From: Candidatus Aminicenantes bacterium | Lineage (GTDB): Bacteria > Acidobacteriota > Aminicenantia > Aminicenantales > UBA8522 | Length of the DNA stretch: 64,000 nt | Reading direction: 5' to 3' | NCBI GenBank assembly: GCA_017886205.1 | Contig: JAFNEO010000012.1 | Span: 235,207 to 299,206 of the forward strand | In this document: one piece after another, positions 19,305 through 29,456 of the stretch | How the letters are laid out: every line of letters begins with the position of its first letter | How positions within the stretch are numbered: the first letter of the stretch is position 1 | Made by a program: the position numbers and the translations under genes | Notes under the pieces: model-generated | Told to the model about the DNA's origin: nothing | Database searches by the model: none | The model's input: only the letters and a program-made list of their open reading frames with translations

Positions 19305-19334
19305 TTGACATCGATCACCAGACGGTGATATAGT
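19305..19334 (+). promoter_or_regulatory. Putative sigma70 promoter TTGACA-N18-TATAGT with embedded palindrome ATCACC-N4-GGTGAT upstream of kinase gene
   Basis: Sequence reading; ~140 nt upstream of ATG 19472. Confidence 0.3.
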
Positions 19335-19471
19335 ATTCCTATAATAATTGTAGAGATTCCGAACTCAAACGGGCCAAAAAGGGTTTGATAGCTATCATTC
19401 ACTATCCCAGCTGCTTTGCCGGGAGAAAGAGAATTTTTGCATTTCGGCTGGATTTCAAGGAGTGAGCCACC

Positions 19472-21859
19472 ATGATAGGTCAGACTCTCGGACATTATCG
19501 CATCATCGAAAAAATCGGTGCCGGAGGGATGGGTGTTGTCTATCGGGCTAGAGATGAACGCCTGGAAAGAGATGTCGCCATCAAAGTGCTGCCCGCCGGG
19601 GCTCTCGCCGATGAAGAGATGAGAAAGCGCTTCCGCAGGGAAGCCATGGCTCTCTCCAAGCTCAACCATCCCAATATCGCCACTATTCATGATTTTAACA
19701 CCGAAGGAGAGGTGGACTTTCTGGCCATGGAATACATATCCGGTGTCACGCTGGGGGAGAAGGCACACTCAGGAGGATTGCCGGAGGCGGAAGTTGTCCA
19801 GGTGGGAAGGCAAGCCGCCGAAGCGCTGGAGGCCGCCCATGAGCAGGGAATGATCCACAGGGATCTTAAGCCCGGGAACATCATGATCACACCCAAGGGT
19901 CTGGTCAAACTGCTCGACTTCGGCCTGGCCAAGCTTTTCCGGCCCTCAGGAACTCTAGACAAGACTTTAACCCTCACCGGCGCCGGCACAGAAGCGTTGA
20001 CGGGCACCCTTCCCTACATGGCGCCCGAGCAGCTGGAAGGCCGCGAAGTTGACGAGCGAACCGACATCCACGCCCTGGGTGCCATTCTCTATAAGCTGGC
20101 TACAGGGAAAAGGCCGTTTCCTCAGGAGACCCCTTCTGAGATTATTCATGCCATCCTCCACAAACAGCCTGAATTGCCTCGGTCCCTGGGACCCCAGATC
20201 TCCGAGGGGCTGGAGCGGATTATCTTCAAGTGCCTGGAGAAGGAGCCGGCCGACCGTTATGCGTCGGCCAAAGAGGTGATCGGCGATTTAAACAAGCTTG
20301 AGACCGGTGATCTTTCGGCGCTTATTGCCGGAAGGCCCGGGCGCAGGGCCAAGCGAAGCTTGTGGCAAAGACCGCTGCCTGTGAGTCTTTTAGCCCTCGT
20401 CGGAGTAGCGGCTCTTTTGTTCGCTCTCAACATCGGTGGAATGAGAGACCTTTTGTCGGGCCGGGCCAAAACCCCCGGAGTGCAATCACTCGCCGTTCTG
20501 CCCCTGAAAAGCCTTTCCCAGGATCCTGAGCAAGACTATTTTGCCGAGGGAATAACGGATGCTCTCATCACTGAATTAGGACAGATCAGCACCCTGCAGG
20601 TGAAATCTCGCACTTCCGTCATGCAGTATAAAAAAACAGAAAAATCTCTGCCGCAGATCGCCAAAGAGCTGAATGCAGACATGGTGGTTGAAGGTTCTGT
20701 CTTGAGGGCGGGGAAAAAAGTGCGGATCACAGCCAAGCTCATTCATCCGGCCGACGAACGGCAGCTCTGGGTTAAGAGTTACGATCGCGACATCGGCGAT
20801 TTTCTGATTCTGCAAAGCGAGATTGCCCAGGATATCACAAGACAGATCGGCATCAGGCTCAGGGAGGAGGAGAGTTTCCGGTTGGCCAAGAGAAAGACTG
20901 TGAATCCCCAAGCCCTCGACGCCTATCTCAAGGGGGTTTATTCAGGCGATAATGGATATTTTAATCAAGCGATCAAGCTTGACCCGGATTTTGCTCTGGC
21001 TTATACCGAGATTGCAAAAAGTTATTTTTATAGTGGTCTATTGGGCGATGTTCCGCCTCGGGAGGCCTTTTTGGAAATGAAACAAGCAGCTCTAAAAGCG
21101 CTGGAGAAGGATAATACTCTCGGAGAGGCCCACGGCTATCTGGCTGTGGCCTGGCTCCATTATGATCTGGATTGGACTGAGGCTGAAAAAGAATTCAAAC
21201 GAGCCCTTGAGCTCAACCCCAGCCTCGCCATGATCCACCATCTCTATGCGCATCTCCTGATGGCCCTGGACAGAATGGAAGAGTCGATAGCCGAGGTCAA
21301 ACTCGCCTCGGGACTTGATCCCTTTGCCAATCCCAATCATTTATGCTCCGGCTGGCACTGCTTCAGCACGGCAGGTTATGATGAGGCGATTGGGCTTGCC
21401 CGCCAAGACATCCAGGCGAATCCTAAGGATGCGTGGGCCCATGTCACTTTGGGAATGGCCTATGAACAGAAATTCTTGATCAAAGAGGCCATTGTCGAGT
21501 TCCAAATCGCCCGCGATAATTGGAAGGATAACTTTCTTCCCCTGGCCGACCTTGGTCACGCCTACGGGATCGCCGGCCAAAAGAAGGAAGCGCAGGAGAT
21601 TTTGGAGAAACTCTTAGAGGAGAAATTCTTAGAGAAGTCCAAGCGCATTTACGTTTCAGCCTATGATATCGCCGCCGTCTATATTGGCCTTGGAGAAAAG
21701 AATCAGGCCTTTGAATGGCTTTCTAAAGCCTTAGAGGAGCGGTCAGGCTTTCTGGTTTACATCAAATGCGATCGGCGGTTTGACGGGCTGCGGTCCGACC
21801 CCCGCTATGAGGCTTTGCTCAAACGTATCGGCCTGCCACTCGGCGCGATAAAGAGCTGA
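19472..21859 (+). CDS. Hanks-type Ser/Thr protein kinase with TM segment and C-terminal TPR-repeat domain
   Basis: GAGGMGVVY, HRDLKPGNIM, DFGLAK, APEQ; TM 'LPVSLLALVGVAALLFAL'; TPR-like C-terminus. Confidence 0.85.
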   Translation: MIGQTLGHYRIIEKIGAGGMGVVYRARDERLERDVAIKVLPAGALADEEMRKRFRREAMALSKLNHPNIATIHDFNTEGEVDFLAMEYISGVTLGEKAHSGGLPEAEVVQVGRQAAEALEAAHEQGMIHRDLKPGNIMITPKGLVKLLDFGLAKLFRPSGTLDKTLTLTGAGTEALTGTLPYMAPEQLEGREVDERTDIHALGAILYKLATGKRPFPQETPSEIIHAILHKQPELPRSLGPQISEGLERIIFKCLEKEPADRYASAKEVIGDLNKLETGDLSALIAGRPGRRAKRSLWQRPLPVSLLALVGVAALLFALNIGGMRDLLSGRAKTPGVQSLAVLPLKSLSQDPEQDYFAEGITDALITELGQISTLQVKSRTSVMQYKKTEKSLPQIAKELNADMVVEGSVLRAGKKVRITAKLIHPADERQLWVKSYDRDIGDFLILQSEIAQDITRQIGIRLREEESFRLAKRKTVNPQALDAYLKGVYSGDNGYFNQAIKLDPDFALAYTEIAKSYFYSGLLGDVPPREAFLEMKQAALKALEKDNTLGEAHGYLAVAWLHYDLDWTEAEKEFKRALELNPSLAMIHHLYAHLLMALDRMEESIAEVKLASGLDPFANPNHLCSGWHCFSTAGYDEAIGLARQDIQANPKDAWAHVTLGMAYEQKFLIKEAIVEFQIARDNWKDNFLPLADLGHAYGIAGQKKEAQEILEKLLEEKFLEKSKRIYVSAYDIAAVYIGLGEKNQAFEWLSKALEERSGFLVYIKCDRRFDGLRSDPRYEALLKRIGLPLGAIKS

Positions 21860-21902
21860 GTCCGAATCAGTCCCCGAAGACAAGGAATTCGTTAGCCGAG
21901 TA

Positions 21903-21972
21903 GGGGTCAGGTCTCAACAATCAACAAATCCGGAGCGGTATTTCCAATTGTTAAATGTTGAGACCTGACCCC
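21903..21972. repeat. REP family A doublet
   Basis: ggggtcaggtctcaacaatcaacaa-N21-ttgttaaatgttgagacctgacccc. Confidence 0.85.
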
Positions 21973-22039
21973 CTAATTACGCGGGGGCTCCTCGAAATCC
22001 AGGGCCGATTTGGGATAAAATAATCACCGGCGCGATAAA

Positions 22040-24595
22040 ATGGGGCTCTTAAAAAGAGACAGCTCGAGGATGACGGGCCAAAAACTCCAGGAATTCTGGA
22101 GCCTTCCCGAGTCCGAGGTCCTCGGTCGGCTCGAGACCTCACGCCGCGGATTGTCTTCCGAAGAAGCCCGGAAACGCCTGGCCGAGTGCGGACCGAACCT
22201 CCTCAAACCCCAAAAAAGGACGAACACCCTCTCCCTGCTCGTCTCCCAGTTCAAGAGCCCGCTCATCCTCATCCTCACTTTCGCCGCCGGCCTGGCGTTT
22301 CTGACGGGAGACAGGCCGGACGCTTTCATCGTCCTCTTCATCATCCTGGCCAGCGGGCTCCTGGGATTCTGGCAGGAGAAAGGGGCCAGCGATGCCATCA
22401 GGAAGCTCATTTCCATGGTCCAGGTTGAAGCGACCGCGCTCCGCGATGGTAGCCCGCGGGAAGTTTCCGTCGAGGAGATCGTCCCCGGCGACATTCTCTC
22501 CTTCAGGGCCGGGAATAAGATCCCGGCCGACTGTCTGCTCCTGGAATCGAAGGACCTCTTCATCGACGAGGCCGTTCTGACAGGCGAGACGTTCCCGGTC
22601 GATAAGACGCCGGGCGTCATGGCTCCGGAAACGCCCCTCGCGCGCCGGAGCAACAGCCTTTTCATGGGGACACACGTCACGAGCGGCAGCGGCTCGGCGG
22701 TCGTCGTCGGGACGGGCCGGGGCACGGAATTCGGCGCCATCTCCGAGCGCCTCAAGCTCAGGCGGCCGGAGTCGGAATTCGAACGCGGCGTCCGGAGGTT
22801 CGGCTACCTCCTCATGGAGATCACGCTGATCCTCGTCATCTCCATTTTCGCCATCAACGTCTTTTTCAAGCGTCCGGTTATCGATTCTTTTCTCTTTGCT
22901 ATGGCCCTGGCGGTCGGACTGACTCCCCAGCTCCTGCCGGCCATCATCAGCATCAACCTATCCCACGGGGCCAAGCGAATGGCCCGAGAGAAGGTCATCA
23001 TCAAGCGGCTGGCCTCGATCGAGAATTTCGGCAGCATAAACGTCCTGTGCTCCGACAAGACCGGGACGCTGACAGAGGGCAAGGTCCGGCTCCGTTCTTC
23101 GCTCGACATCGACGGACAGGAGAGCCGGAAGGTCCTCTTTTATGCCTATGTCAACGCGGCCTTCGAAACAGGGTTCGAGAACCCGATCGATGAAGCCATC
23201 CGCAGTCATCAGCCCTTCGACCTCGCCGGATGCCGGAAACTCGACGAGCTCCCTTACGACTTCGTCCGCAAGCGCCTCAGCATCTTGGCCTCGGTCGAAG
23301 GCCGGAGCCTGATCATCACCAAGGGTGCCTTCGCCAACGTCCTCGGCGTCTGCACGAAAGCGGAGACGCCCGGGGGGGAAGTGGCCGACATCGAGGCGGT
23401 CCGGGACGAGCTCGAAAAGCGCTTTGAAAACTCCAGCCGGGAGGGGTACCGTGTCCTCGGAGTGGCCTACCGCGAGGCCGCGCCCGATACCCGGATCACA
23501 AGGGACGACGAAACGGAGATGACTTTTCTCGGCCTGCTCGTCCTCTTCGACCCGGTCAAGCCGGGGATCGTCGAGACCCTGGCCCGGCTGAAGAATATCG
23601 GCGTCTCGCTGAAGCTTGTCACCGGGGATAGCAGGCTGGTGGCCGCCCATGTCGGCCAAGCGGTCGGCCTGTCCGGAGAGGTCATACTCACCGGCGGCGA
23701 ACTGCGCGAGATGAGCGATCTCGCCCTGGTCCAGCAGGCAGGCGGGGTGGACATCTTCGCCGAGATCGAGCCCAACCAGAAGGAGAGGATCATCCTGGCC
23801 CTGAGAAGGGCCGGGAACGTCGTCGGCTACATGGGCGACGGCATCAACGACGCGTCGGCCCTTCATTCCGCCGACGTGGGTATCTCCGTCGAGAGCGCCG
23901 TCGACGTGGCCAAGGAGGCGGCCGATATCGTCCTCCTCGAGAAGGACCTCGGCGTGCTCGTCCACGGCATCCAAGAAGGCCGAAAAACCTTCGCCAACAC
24001 CCTGAAGTACATTTTCATGGCCGCGAGCGCCAATTTCGGGAACATGTTCAGCATGGCCGGGGCGTCGCTCTTTCTGCCGTTCCTGCCGCTCCTCCCAACG
24101 CAGATCCTTCTGACCAACCTCCTTACGGACTTCCCCGAGTTGACGATCGCCACCGACTCGGTGGACCGGGAATTCGCCGAGAAGCCCCGCCGCTGGGACC
24201 TGAAGTTCATCCACAGATTCATGCTGGCTTTCGGGCTGCTCAGCTCGATTTTCGACTATGCCACCTTCGGGGTTCTTCTCCTCGTTTTCCGGGCCTCTAT
24301 GGCTCAGTTCCGGACGGGCTGGTTCATGGAATCGGTCATCTCGGCCTCCCTCATTGTCCTCGTGGTCCGGACCCGGAGGCCGTTCTTCAAGAGCCGGCCG
24401 GGGAAATATCTCCTGGCGGCGACCCTGGCGATCGTCGTCGTGACCCTGGCCCTCCCTTTCAGTCCGCTGGCCCGGCTCTTTCATTTCGAGCCGCTGCCTT
24501 TCCGGTTCTTCCTTCTCATCGGGATCGTCGTTCTCCTCTATGTGACCGGCGCAGAAATAACCAAGCGGATTTTTTATAAACGGACGGCCACCTAG
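22040..24595 (+). CDS. mgtA: P-type ATPase, Mg2+-transporting MgtA-like
   Basis: CSDKTGTLT phosphorylation motif, VTGDS, GDGINDA, 10 TM topology, MgtA-like N-terminus (QEFWSLPESEVL). Confidence 0.75.
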   Translation: MGLLKRDSSRMTGQKLQEFWSLPESEVLGRLETSRRGLSSEEARKRLAECGPNLLKPQKRTNTLSLLVSQFKSPLILILTFAAGLAFLTGDRPDAFIVLFIILASGLLGFWQEKGASDAIRKLISMVQVEATALRDGSPREVSVEEIVPGDILSFRAGNKIPADCLLLESKDLFIDEAVLTGETFPVDKTPGVMAPETPLARRSNSLFMGTHVTSGSGSAVVVGTGRGTEFGAISERLKLRRPESEFERGVRRFGYLLMEITLILVISIFAINVFFKRPVIDSFLFAMALAVGLTPQLLPAIISINLSHGAKRMAREKVIIKRLASIENFGSINVLCSDKTGTLTEGKVRLRSSLDIDGQESRKVLFYAYVNAAFETGFENPIDEAIRSHQPFDLAGCRKLDELPYDFVRKRLSILASVEGRSLIITKGAFANVLGVCTKAETPGGEVADIEAVRDELEKRFENSSREGYRVLGVAYREAAPDTRITRDDETEMTFLGLLVLFDPVKPGIVETLARLKNIGVSLKLVTGDSRLVAAHVGQAVGLSGEVILTGGELREMSDLALVQQAGGVDIFAEIEPNQKERIILALRRAGNVVGYMGDGINDASALHSADVGISVESAVDVAKEAADIVLLEKDLGVLVHGIQEGRKTFANTLKYIFMAASANFGNMFSMAGASLFLPFLPLLPTQILLTNLLTDFPELTIATDSVDREFAEKPRRWDLKFIHRFMLAFGLLSSIFDYATFGVLLLVFRASMAQFRTGWFMESVISASLIVLVVRTRRPFFKSRPGKYLLAATLAIVVVTLALPFSPLARLFHFEPLPFRFFLLIGIVVLLYVTGAEITKRIFYKRTAT

Positions 24596-24712
24596 GCCTC
24601 TGACAGTTCGGTACCTCCCCTCTCTACCCTGAACACGATCGCCTCGTTTTCCGGATTCGGACAATCTTAAGAGCCAATGAGAATATGCGGGGGTCAATTT
24701 CGTCCCGCGGGG

Positions 24713-24789
24713 GAAATTCGCCCATCGCCCGGACGTTCGCACCCGGCTTGCTGACGCCCCGAATTTGTTAATTGTTGAGACCTGACCCC
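24713..24789. repeat. Extended family A unit (~77 nt: GAAATTCGCCCATCGCCCGGACG...GCTGACGCCCCGAATTTGTTAATTGTTGAGACCTGACCCC)
   Basis: ~80% identical over full length to 33367-33449; ends exactly at stop codon of LVIVD gene. Confidence 0.7.
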
Positions 24790-26630
24790 TATTTCAGGAG
24801 GAGGAGAGAATTCGAGTCGGCGACCAGAACAAACGGGCCGCTCAGGGCGACGGCCAGCGCTTCGCCCGGTGTGTCGAAGGAAGCTACGAGTTTCGGTGCG
24901 GCCGGGTTGCCGATCGCGATCTTCAAGACGCCCGCGTTTCCATCCGCGACAAAGGCGGAGTCGCCGCTGAGAACGACGGAACTCGAAAAATCTCCGGATG
25001 GGAGTGAACCCCTAACCTTGGGCGCGGCGGGCTGTCCGATATCGATGATCTGAAGGCCGGCCGGGCCCGAGGCCACATAAGCGAAGTCGCCTCGGACGGC
25101 AACGCCGCAGGGCTCACCATCAAGCTTCATTGAGGCAACCAGGGCAGGCGCAGCGGGCTTCCGGATATCAAGGATGTGGAACCCCGTATCGCTATTTGCC
25201 AGATAGGCGTAATCCCCCTCGACGGCCAGGCCGTAGGTGAAACGCGGCATTTTATAGGAGCCCACGACCGACGGAGAGAGCGGGTTGGTGATGTCGATCA
25301 CGAAGAGACCGGCGTTGTCAGCCGTGAGATAAGCGGTGTTCCCCCGGACAACGATCGTGCGGGGCGCGCCCCCGGGAGCATTAAACATGCGGACAGGCTT
25401 GGGTTTGGCGGGGTCCGAGACGTCAAAAATCTTCACCGACCAGCGGTCCGTGACATAGGCGTGGCGGCCGCTTACGGCGAGGCCCTGGACTCCGCGGAAG
25501 ATGGTGGTCATGCCCACCGAATCCATCCGGGCCGGGTCGGAGAGGTCAACGACCTGAACTCCCGACAACTCGCCGACCGCATAGGCATAGCGGTCCTGGG
25601 CAGCGGCCGCGATGATGGTGCTGGGCGTGAAGAAAGTCCCTATGGTCACCGGCTTTTGAGGCGCGGAGACGTCCATAAAGAAGAGGCCCGAGAAGTAATC
25701 CACGACGCAGGCGAGGTTCTCTTTCAGCGCCACTCCCCAACCTTCGTTGTACATCGTGTATTTGTTGGTCGAGACGACGACGGGCGCGGCGGGGTCGGCC
25801 ACATCGAGGATTTGAAATCCGCCGTCATAAAGACTGCCGGCGCAAAGGTATCTTCCGTCGACGGAAACGCTGCGGGCATAGCCGGAGGCGGTTAACGAAG
25901 CCGCCTGCCGCGGCGCGGACGGCGCGCTGATATCGACGCACTTTAGGCCCCCGCTTCCGTCGGCGATATAGGCGGTATTTCCGGAAAGGGCGATTCCCTC
26001 GGATGTCCCGTCCGTGTCGAGGGCCCCGACGGTCGCGGGCTTTGCCGGGTCTTTGACATCGACAATCTGGAGGCCGGCGCTTCCGTCGGCGATATAGACC
26101 AGCTTTTCGCGCAGGACGATGCCCATCGATTCACCGGGTGAGTCCCACTTTCCCGCCAGCTTTGGAGTCGCCGGGTTGCGGATATCGACAACGGCCAAAC
26201 CCGCTTGGCCATCGGCCACGAAAGCAAAGCCTCCGTCCACGGTGACATCCCGGGCGTCGCCCTCTGTGTCCAGTTTTCCTCTAAGCACGGGAGTCTTCGG
26301 GTCGGAGACGTCGATGATGTTCAGCCCTTTATCGCCGGAGGCCACAAACGCCAGCGGCTCTTTGACTTGGATGGCCAACCCCCCGCCAAGATAGAGTTGG
26401 GAAATCCGGACCGGGTTTTTCAAGTCGGAGATATCCAGGATAACGAGGCCGTTCATGAAGGCGCAATAGGCGTGTTTCCTTTGAATATCGACATCGTGGG
26501 CTTTTGTCCACAATGCGGATCCCACGAAGGAGAGCGTTTCGCTGTCCTGGCTCCGGCCGGAAATTCCCGGGAGGGCGCTAAGTAACACAAGCAGAAAAAG
26601 AATCCCGATGACCAGTTTGGGTTTGAACAT
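24789..26630 (-). CDS. Secreted LVIVD-repeat beta-propeller protein
   Basis: Multiple repeats of A(Y/F)(V/I)ADGxxGL.I(V/I)D(V/I)SDPxxP; signal peptide MFKPKLVIGILFLLVLLSALPG (start moved to internal ATG 26630; track ORF extends spuriously to 27002). Confidence 0.7.
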   Translation of the reverse strand: MFKPKLVIGILFLLVLLSALPGISGRSQDSETLSFVGSALWTKAHDVDIQRKHAYCAFMNGLVILDISDLKNPVRISQLYLGGGLAIQVKEPLAFVASGDKGLNIIDVSDPKTPVLRGKLDTEGDARDVTVDGGFAFVADGQAGLAVVDIRNPATPKLAGKWDSPGESMGIVLREKLVYIADGSAGLQIVDVKDPAKPATVGALDTDGTSEGIALSGNTAYIADGSGGLKCVDISAPSAPRQAASLTASGYARSVSVDGRYLCAGSLYDGGFQILDVADPAAPVVVSTNKYTMYNEGWGVALKENLACVVDYFSGLFFMDVSAPQKPVTIGTFFTPSTIIAAAAQDRYAYAVGELSGVQVVDLSDPARMDSVGMTTIFRGVQGLAVSGRHAYVTDRWSVKIFDVSDPAKPKPVRMFNAPGGAPRTIVVRGNTAYLTADNAGLFVIDITNPLSPSVVGSYKMPRFTYGLAVEGDYAYLANSDTGFHILDIRKPAAPALVASMKLDGEPCGVAVRGDFAYVASGPAGLQIIDIGQPAAPKVRGSLPSGDFSSSVVLSGDSAFVADGNAGVLKIAIGNPAAPKLVASFDTPGEALAVALSGPFVLVADSNSLLLLK

Positions 26631-26650
26631 TTTCTCGCCCCCCGTCGCGG

Positions 26651-27541
26651 TCAGATCATGACGTCTTCGGTCCAGCCCAGCTTGATCAGCTCGATCTTGT
26701 TGAGGTCGCTCGTGCCGAGGCCGTATTTCGTGTCCGCGATCTGGATGTGCTTGGGAACGGGCGGCAGCTCTTGGCCGGGACCGAGTTCCTGGCGTCTCTT
26801 GGCCATGATCAGCCGCAGGCCGATGGTGTCCACGGCCACCGGGTCCTGCCCTACGATCAGGCCCTTGTAGTTCCAGACATAACGGCGGCTGAAGTGGTGG
26901 GGGCCGCGGCCGTGGAACTGAGGCGTCAGGGCGCAGAGAACGTTCAGCCGGGTTTTCCCTTTGACCTGGGGCAGATTGAAGAGAGAGCCGAGGGCCGCGC
27001 AACTATCGGGGTGATAGTCCGGCTGGGACTCCCCGAACATGATGTAGTTCTTGATGCAGCCTGACATTCCGGCCAGGTAATGGGTCCGGAGGGGCCGGGT
27101 ATTGATCAAGGCCGTAGATTTCACAAAGATCGGGTTCGCTCTCACGTTGTGGTCGTCGATGCCGATATTCTCCTCCTTCACCCCCGCGTCCAGGAGGCGG
27201 CGCTTGATCGCCTTTTCGACTTCCGGGGGCGTCGGCAGATAGGACCAGACGTTGCTCTTGATGCCGACGATGTCTTCGGGCTTGACCAGCAAGCGGAAGG
27301 CCGCCGTCGGGTCGCTCTGGTCCAGGAGCTTCATGACGGCCTCGTCCAGCATCTGCTGGATGACCGGGCCGTTGAACTCGGAGTTTTCATCCAGGGCCTC
27401 GGCATGGCGGATGAGGATCACCCTGGACTTGGTCGCCTGAGGCTGAGGGTTCTGCGGATTCCGGGGAAAACCGACGGCCGTTCCTAGGACGGCGAAGGAT
27501 GTGCCGCGGATGAAGTCGCGGCGCGTCATCGGAGATTTCAT
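26651..27541 (-). CDS. TAT-signal exported protein, paralog of 9589-10512
   Basis: MKSPMTRRDFIRGTSFAVLGTAVG TAT motif; shared conserved blocks with 9589-10512. Confidence 0.5.
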   Translation of the reverse strand: MKSPMTRRDFIRGTSFAVLGTAVGFPRNPQNPQPQATKSRVILIRHAEALDENSEFNGPVIQQMLDEAVMKLLDQSDPTAAFRLLVKPEDIVGIKSNVWSYLPTPPEVEKAIKRRLLDAGVKEENIGIDDHNVRANPIFVKSTALINTRPLRTHYLAGMSGCIKNYIMFGESQPDYHPDSCAALGSLFNLPQVKGKTRLNVLCALTPQFHGRGPHHFSRRYVWNYKGLIVGQDPVAVDTIGLRLIMAKRRQELGPGQELPPVPKHIQIADTKYGLGTSDLNKIELIKLGWTEDVMI

Positions 27542-27548
27542 ATTGACC

Positions 27549-28439
27549 TCATTTTTGGGGAAATCGTATGACGGAGTATAGGGTCTCCGCGTATTCTTTC
27601 GACGGAGCCTCGAAAACGACCGCCAGGTAATTCCTGTGGGTGCGGGCCATGGTCCACTTCCCATTTTCGGTCAGCGCCGCTGCCGCCGGACCGGCCTCCG
27701 GAAGATAGGCCTTGAAGAAGGACTCGTAAGCCGCCCTCGCCTGGACCTCGTTCTGGTAGCGGACGATAAGAAGGTCCCCTGTTTCCGCCGGGCTCGCTGC
27801 ATATTCGGCGAAGATGCAGTCCGTATCTTTCCCCAAGCCCAGGATGTTCTCGCTGGCTACGAAAAATCGGTTGTTCAGGTTCACTGCGGCGTGAAAGTAG
27901 CTCGTCCGCTTTTTCTTGAGGCCGGATTCCGGAAGGCATTTGAGGAGGTCCGGAACCGGACCTGCCGGGCCGAGCAGGGGAGCGACGGCCTTCCCCAACT
28001 CGAGAATCGCCTTTTCCGCCCTCTTTTCGTCGCCCGCGGCCGTGATCGACACGAAGAAGCGGCCCTGCCGGAACCTCAGCAGGCCGTACCCGTATTCGGA
28101 TTCCTGGCCGATTCCGGCCTCCGGGTCCTGCCGGTCGCAGGAAAAGACGCCGAACGCTTCCCCGGGAGAGCCCATGTCGTAGATGTCGAGGGCGATTTCC
28201 TCGCCGGATGGGTTGCGGTACTTGCGGACGAACGCGTTCCTGAAGTCGAAAGCCAGGTAGACCTCGGCGCCACCGTCCATGTAATCGTAGATAGTTTTCC
28301 GGTCGTAGACCGCGTCTTGGCCGACGGACTCCCAATCAAGAACTTTTTTGGGAATCGACTGCGCCAGGTCTTTCATGTCTCCTCCGGCGGCTGAGATTGA
28401 GGTGATGAAAAAGAGCAGCATCAGCTTCGAGATTCTCAT
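27549..28439 (-). CDS. Secreted protein, paralog of 10587-11507 (partner of TAT protein)
   Basis: Signal peptide MRISKLMLLFFITSISAAG; block YDYMDGGAEVYLAFDF; 8-nt spacing to downstream paralog gene (operon). Confidence 0.45.
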   Translation of the reverse strand: MRISKLMLLFFITSISAAGGDMKDLAQSIPKKVLDWESVGQDAVYDRKTIYDYMDGGAEVYLAFDFRNAFVRKYRNPSGEEIALDIYDMGSPGEAFGVFSCDRQDPEAGIGQESEYGYGLLRFRQGRFFVSITAAGDEKRAEKAILELGKAVAPLLGPAGPVPDLLKCLPESGLKKKRTSYFHAAVNLNNRFFVASENILGLGKDTDCIFAEYAASPAETGDLLIVRYQNEVQARAAYESFFKAYLPEAGPAAAALTENGKWTMARTHRNYLAVVFEAPSKEYAETLYSVIRFPQK

Positions 28440-28518
28440 CCTGGTTCTTACCGCTAACAATATTAAGAAAAACGGATTCTGTCAAACGCGGCGGCGCCAA
28501 AGCGCCAAAGGGGCCAAA

Positions 28519-28588
28519 GGGGTCAGGTCTCAACATTCAACAATTGTCAGCGTCGCTCCTGATTTGTTGATTGTTGAGACCTGACCCC
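28519..28588. repeat. REP family A doublet
   Basis: ggggtcaggtctcaacattcaacaa-N20-tttgttgattgttgagacctgacccc. Confidence 0.85.
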
Positions 28589-28653
28589 ATTCAGGGCCTT
28601 GACAAACGGTCTCCCCAAATGTATCTTCTTTGTAGATACATATAGGAGGAGAA

Positions 28654-28896
28654 TTGAGAGGTCGTGTACAGAAATGGGGCAACAGCCTGGCCCTCCGTAT
28701 CCCCAAATCATTCGCGTATGAGATGGGATTGGGACAGAATTCGTCTGTCCAGTTGATGCTCAAAGAAGGAGCGCTTGTCGTGACGCCAGAACACGGACCC
28801 CAATGGCGTCTGGAAGAGCTCCTAGAAAAAGTGACCGAAGATAACATCCATCACGAATGGGAGACCGGATCCGCCGAGGGCGATGAGATATGGTGA
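28654..28896 (+). CDS. mazE: MazE/AbrB-fold antitoxin
   Basis: 'VQKWGNSLALRIPKSFAYEMGL' SpoVT/AbrB swapped-hairpin signature; overlaps downstream toxin. Confidence 0.75.
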   Translation: MRGRVQKWGNSLALRIPKSFAYEMGLGQNSSVQLMLKEGALVVTPEHGPQWRLEELLEKVTEDNIHHEWETGSAEGDEIW

Positions 28897-29234
28897 GTCC
28901 AGGTCCATACATCCCCCGGCGCGGCGATGTCGTCCGGATCACCTTGAATCCTCAAGCTGGCCACGAGCAGGCGGGTCGAAGGCCAGCGGTCATTCTATCG
29001 CCTCACGCCTATAACGCCAAGGTCGGGCTGGCTCTCCTGTGTCCGATTACGAGCCAGGTCAAAGGTTATCCGTTTGAGGTCGCTATCCCCGCAGGATTGC
29101 CTGTTTCCGGCGTGATCTTATCCGACCATGTCAAGAGCATGGATTGGCGCGCCCGAAAAGCCGAATGGGTCTGTTCCTTACCACCACAGACAACAGCCGA
29201 GGTCCTGGCCAAGTCGCAGACATTGCTGACGTAG
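28890..29234 (+). CDS. mazF: MazF/PemK endoribonuclease toxin
   Basis: 'YIPRRGDVVRITLNPQAGHEQAGRRPAVILSP...LLCPITSQVKGYPFEV' PemK/MazF signature; 4-nt overlap with mazE. Confidence 0.8.
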   Translation: MVSPGPYIPRRGDVVRITLNPQAGHEQAGRRPAVILSPHAYNAKVGLALLCPITSQVKGYPFEVAIPAGLPVSGVILSDHVKSMDWRARKAEWVCSLPPQTTAEVLAKSQTLLT

Positions 29235-29456
29235 GCCCATGAATTGACCCATGGCTTTGCCCGAATAAATCCGAGTAAAAGTCACCGAGATCCTATCCGC
29301 TTACTGCGCCACGAGATGCCCGGCCAAGTTCAAGGATAAGGTTCGGTTGGGCTTTAGATTTCGCGGATCTGCTTGCCGAGGTCGAAGCCGACCCTACAGG
29401 GATATTCTGGGGATGAGGAGGAAGCGTTTATCATTGCTTGACTTATAAACAATTAG

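Noticed and set aside
22958-24742. 594-aa ORF on the minus strand
   Set aside because: It is entirely antisense to the MgtA-like P-type ATPase gene, which has canonical DKTGT/GDGINDA motifs. The translation is Arg/Gly/Pro-rich and of low complexity, which is typical of GC-rich antisense frames.
25176-25895. 239-aa plus-strand ORF
   Set aside because: It is antisense to the LVIVD-repeat gene.
26631-27002. 5' extension of the LVIVD ORF to 27002
   Set aside because: The extension overlaps the downstream TAT-protein gene and is Arg/Pro-rich. The real start is the ATG at 26630, which precedes a signal peptide.
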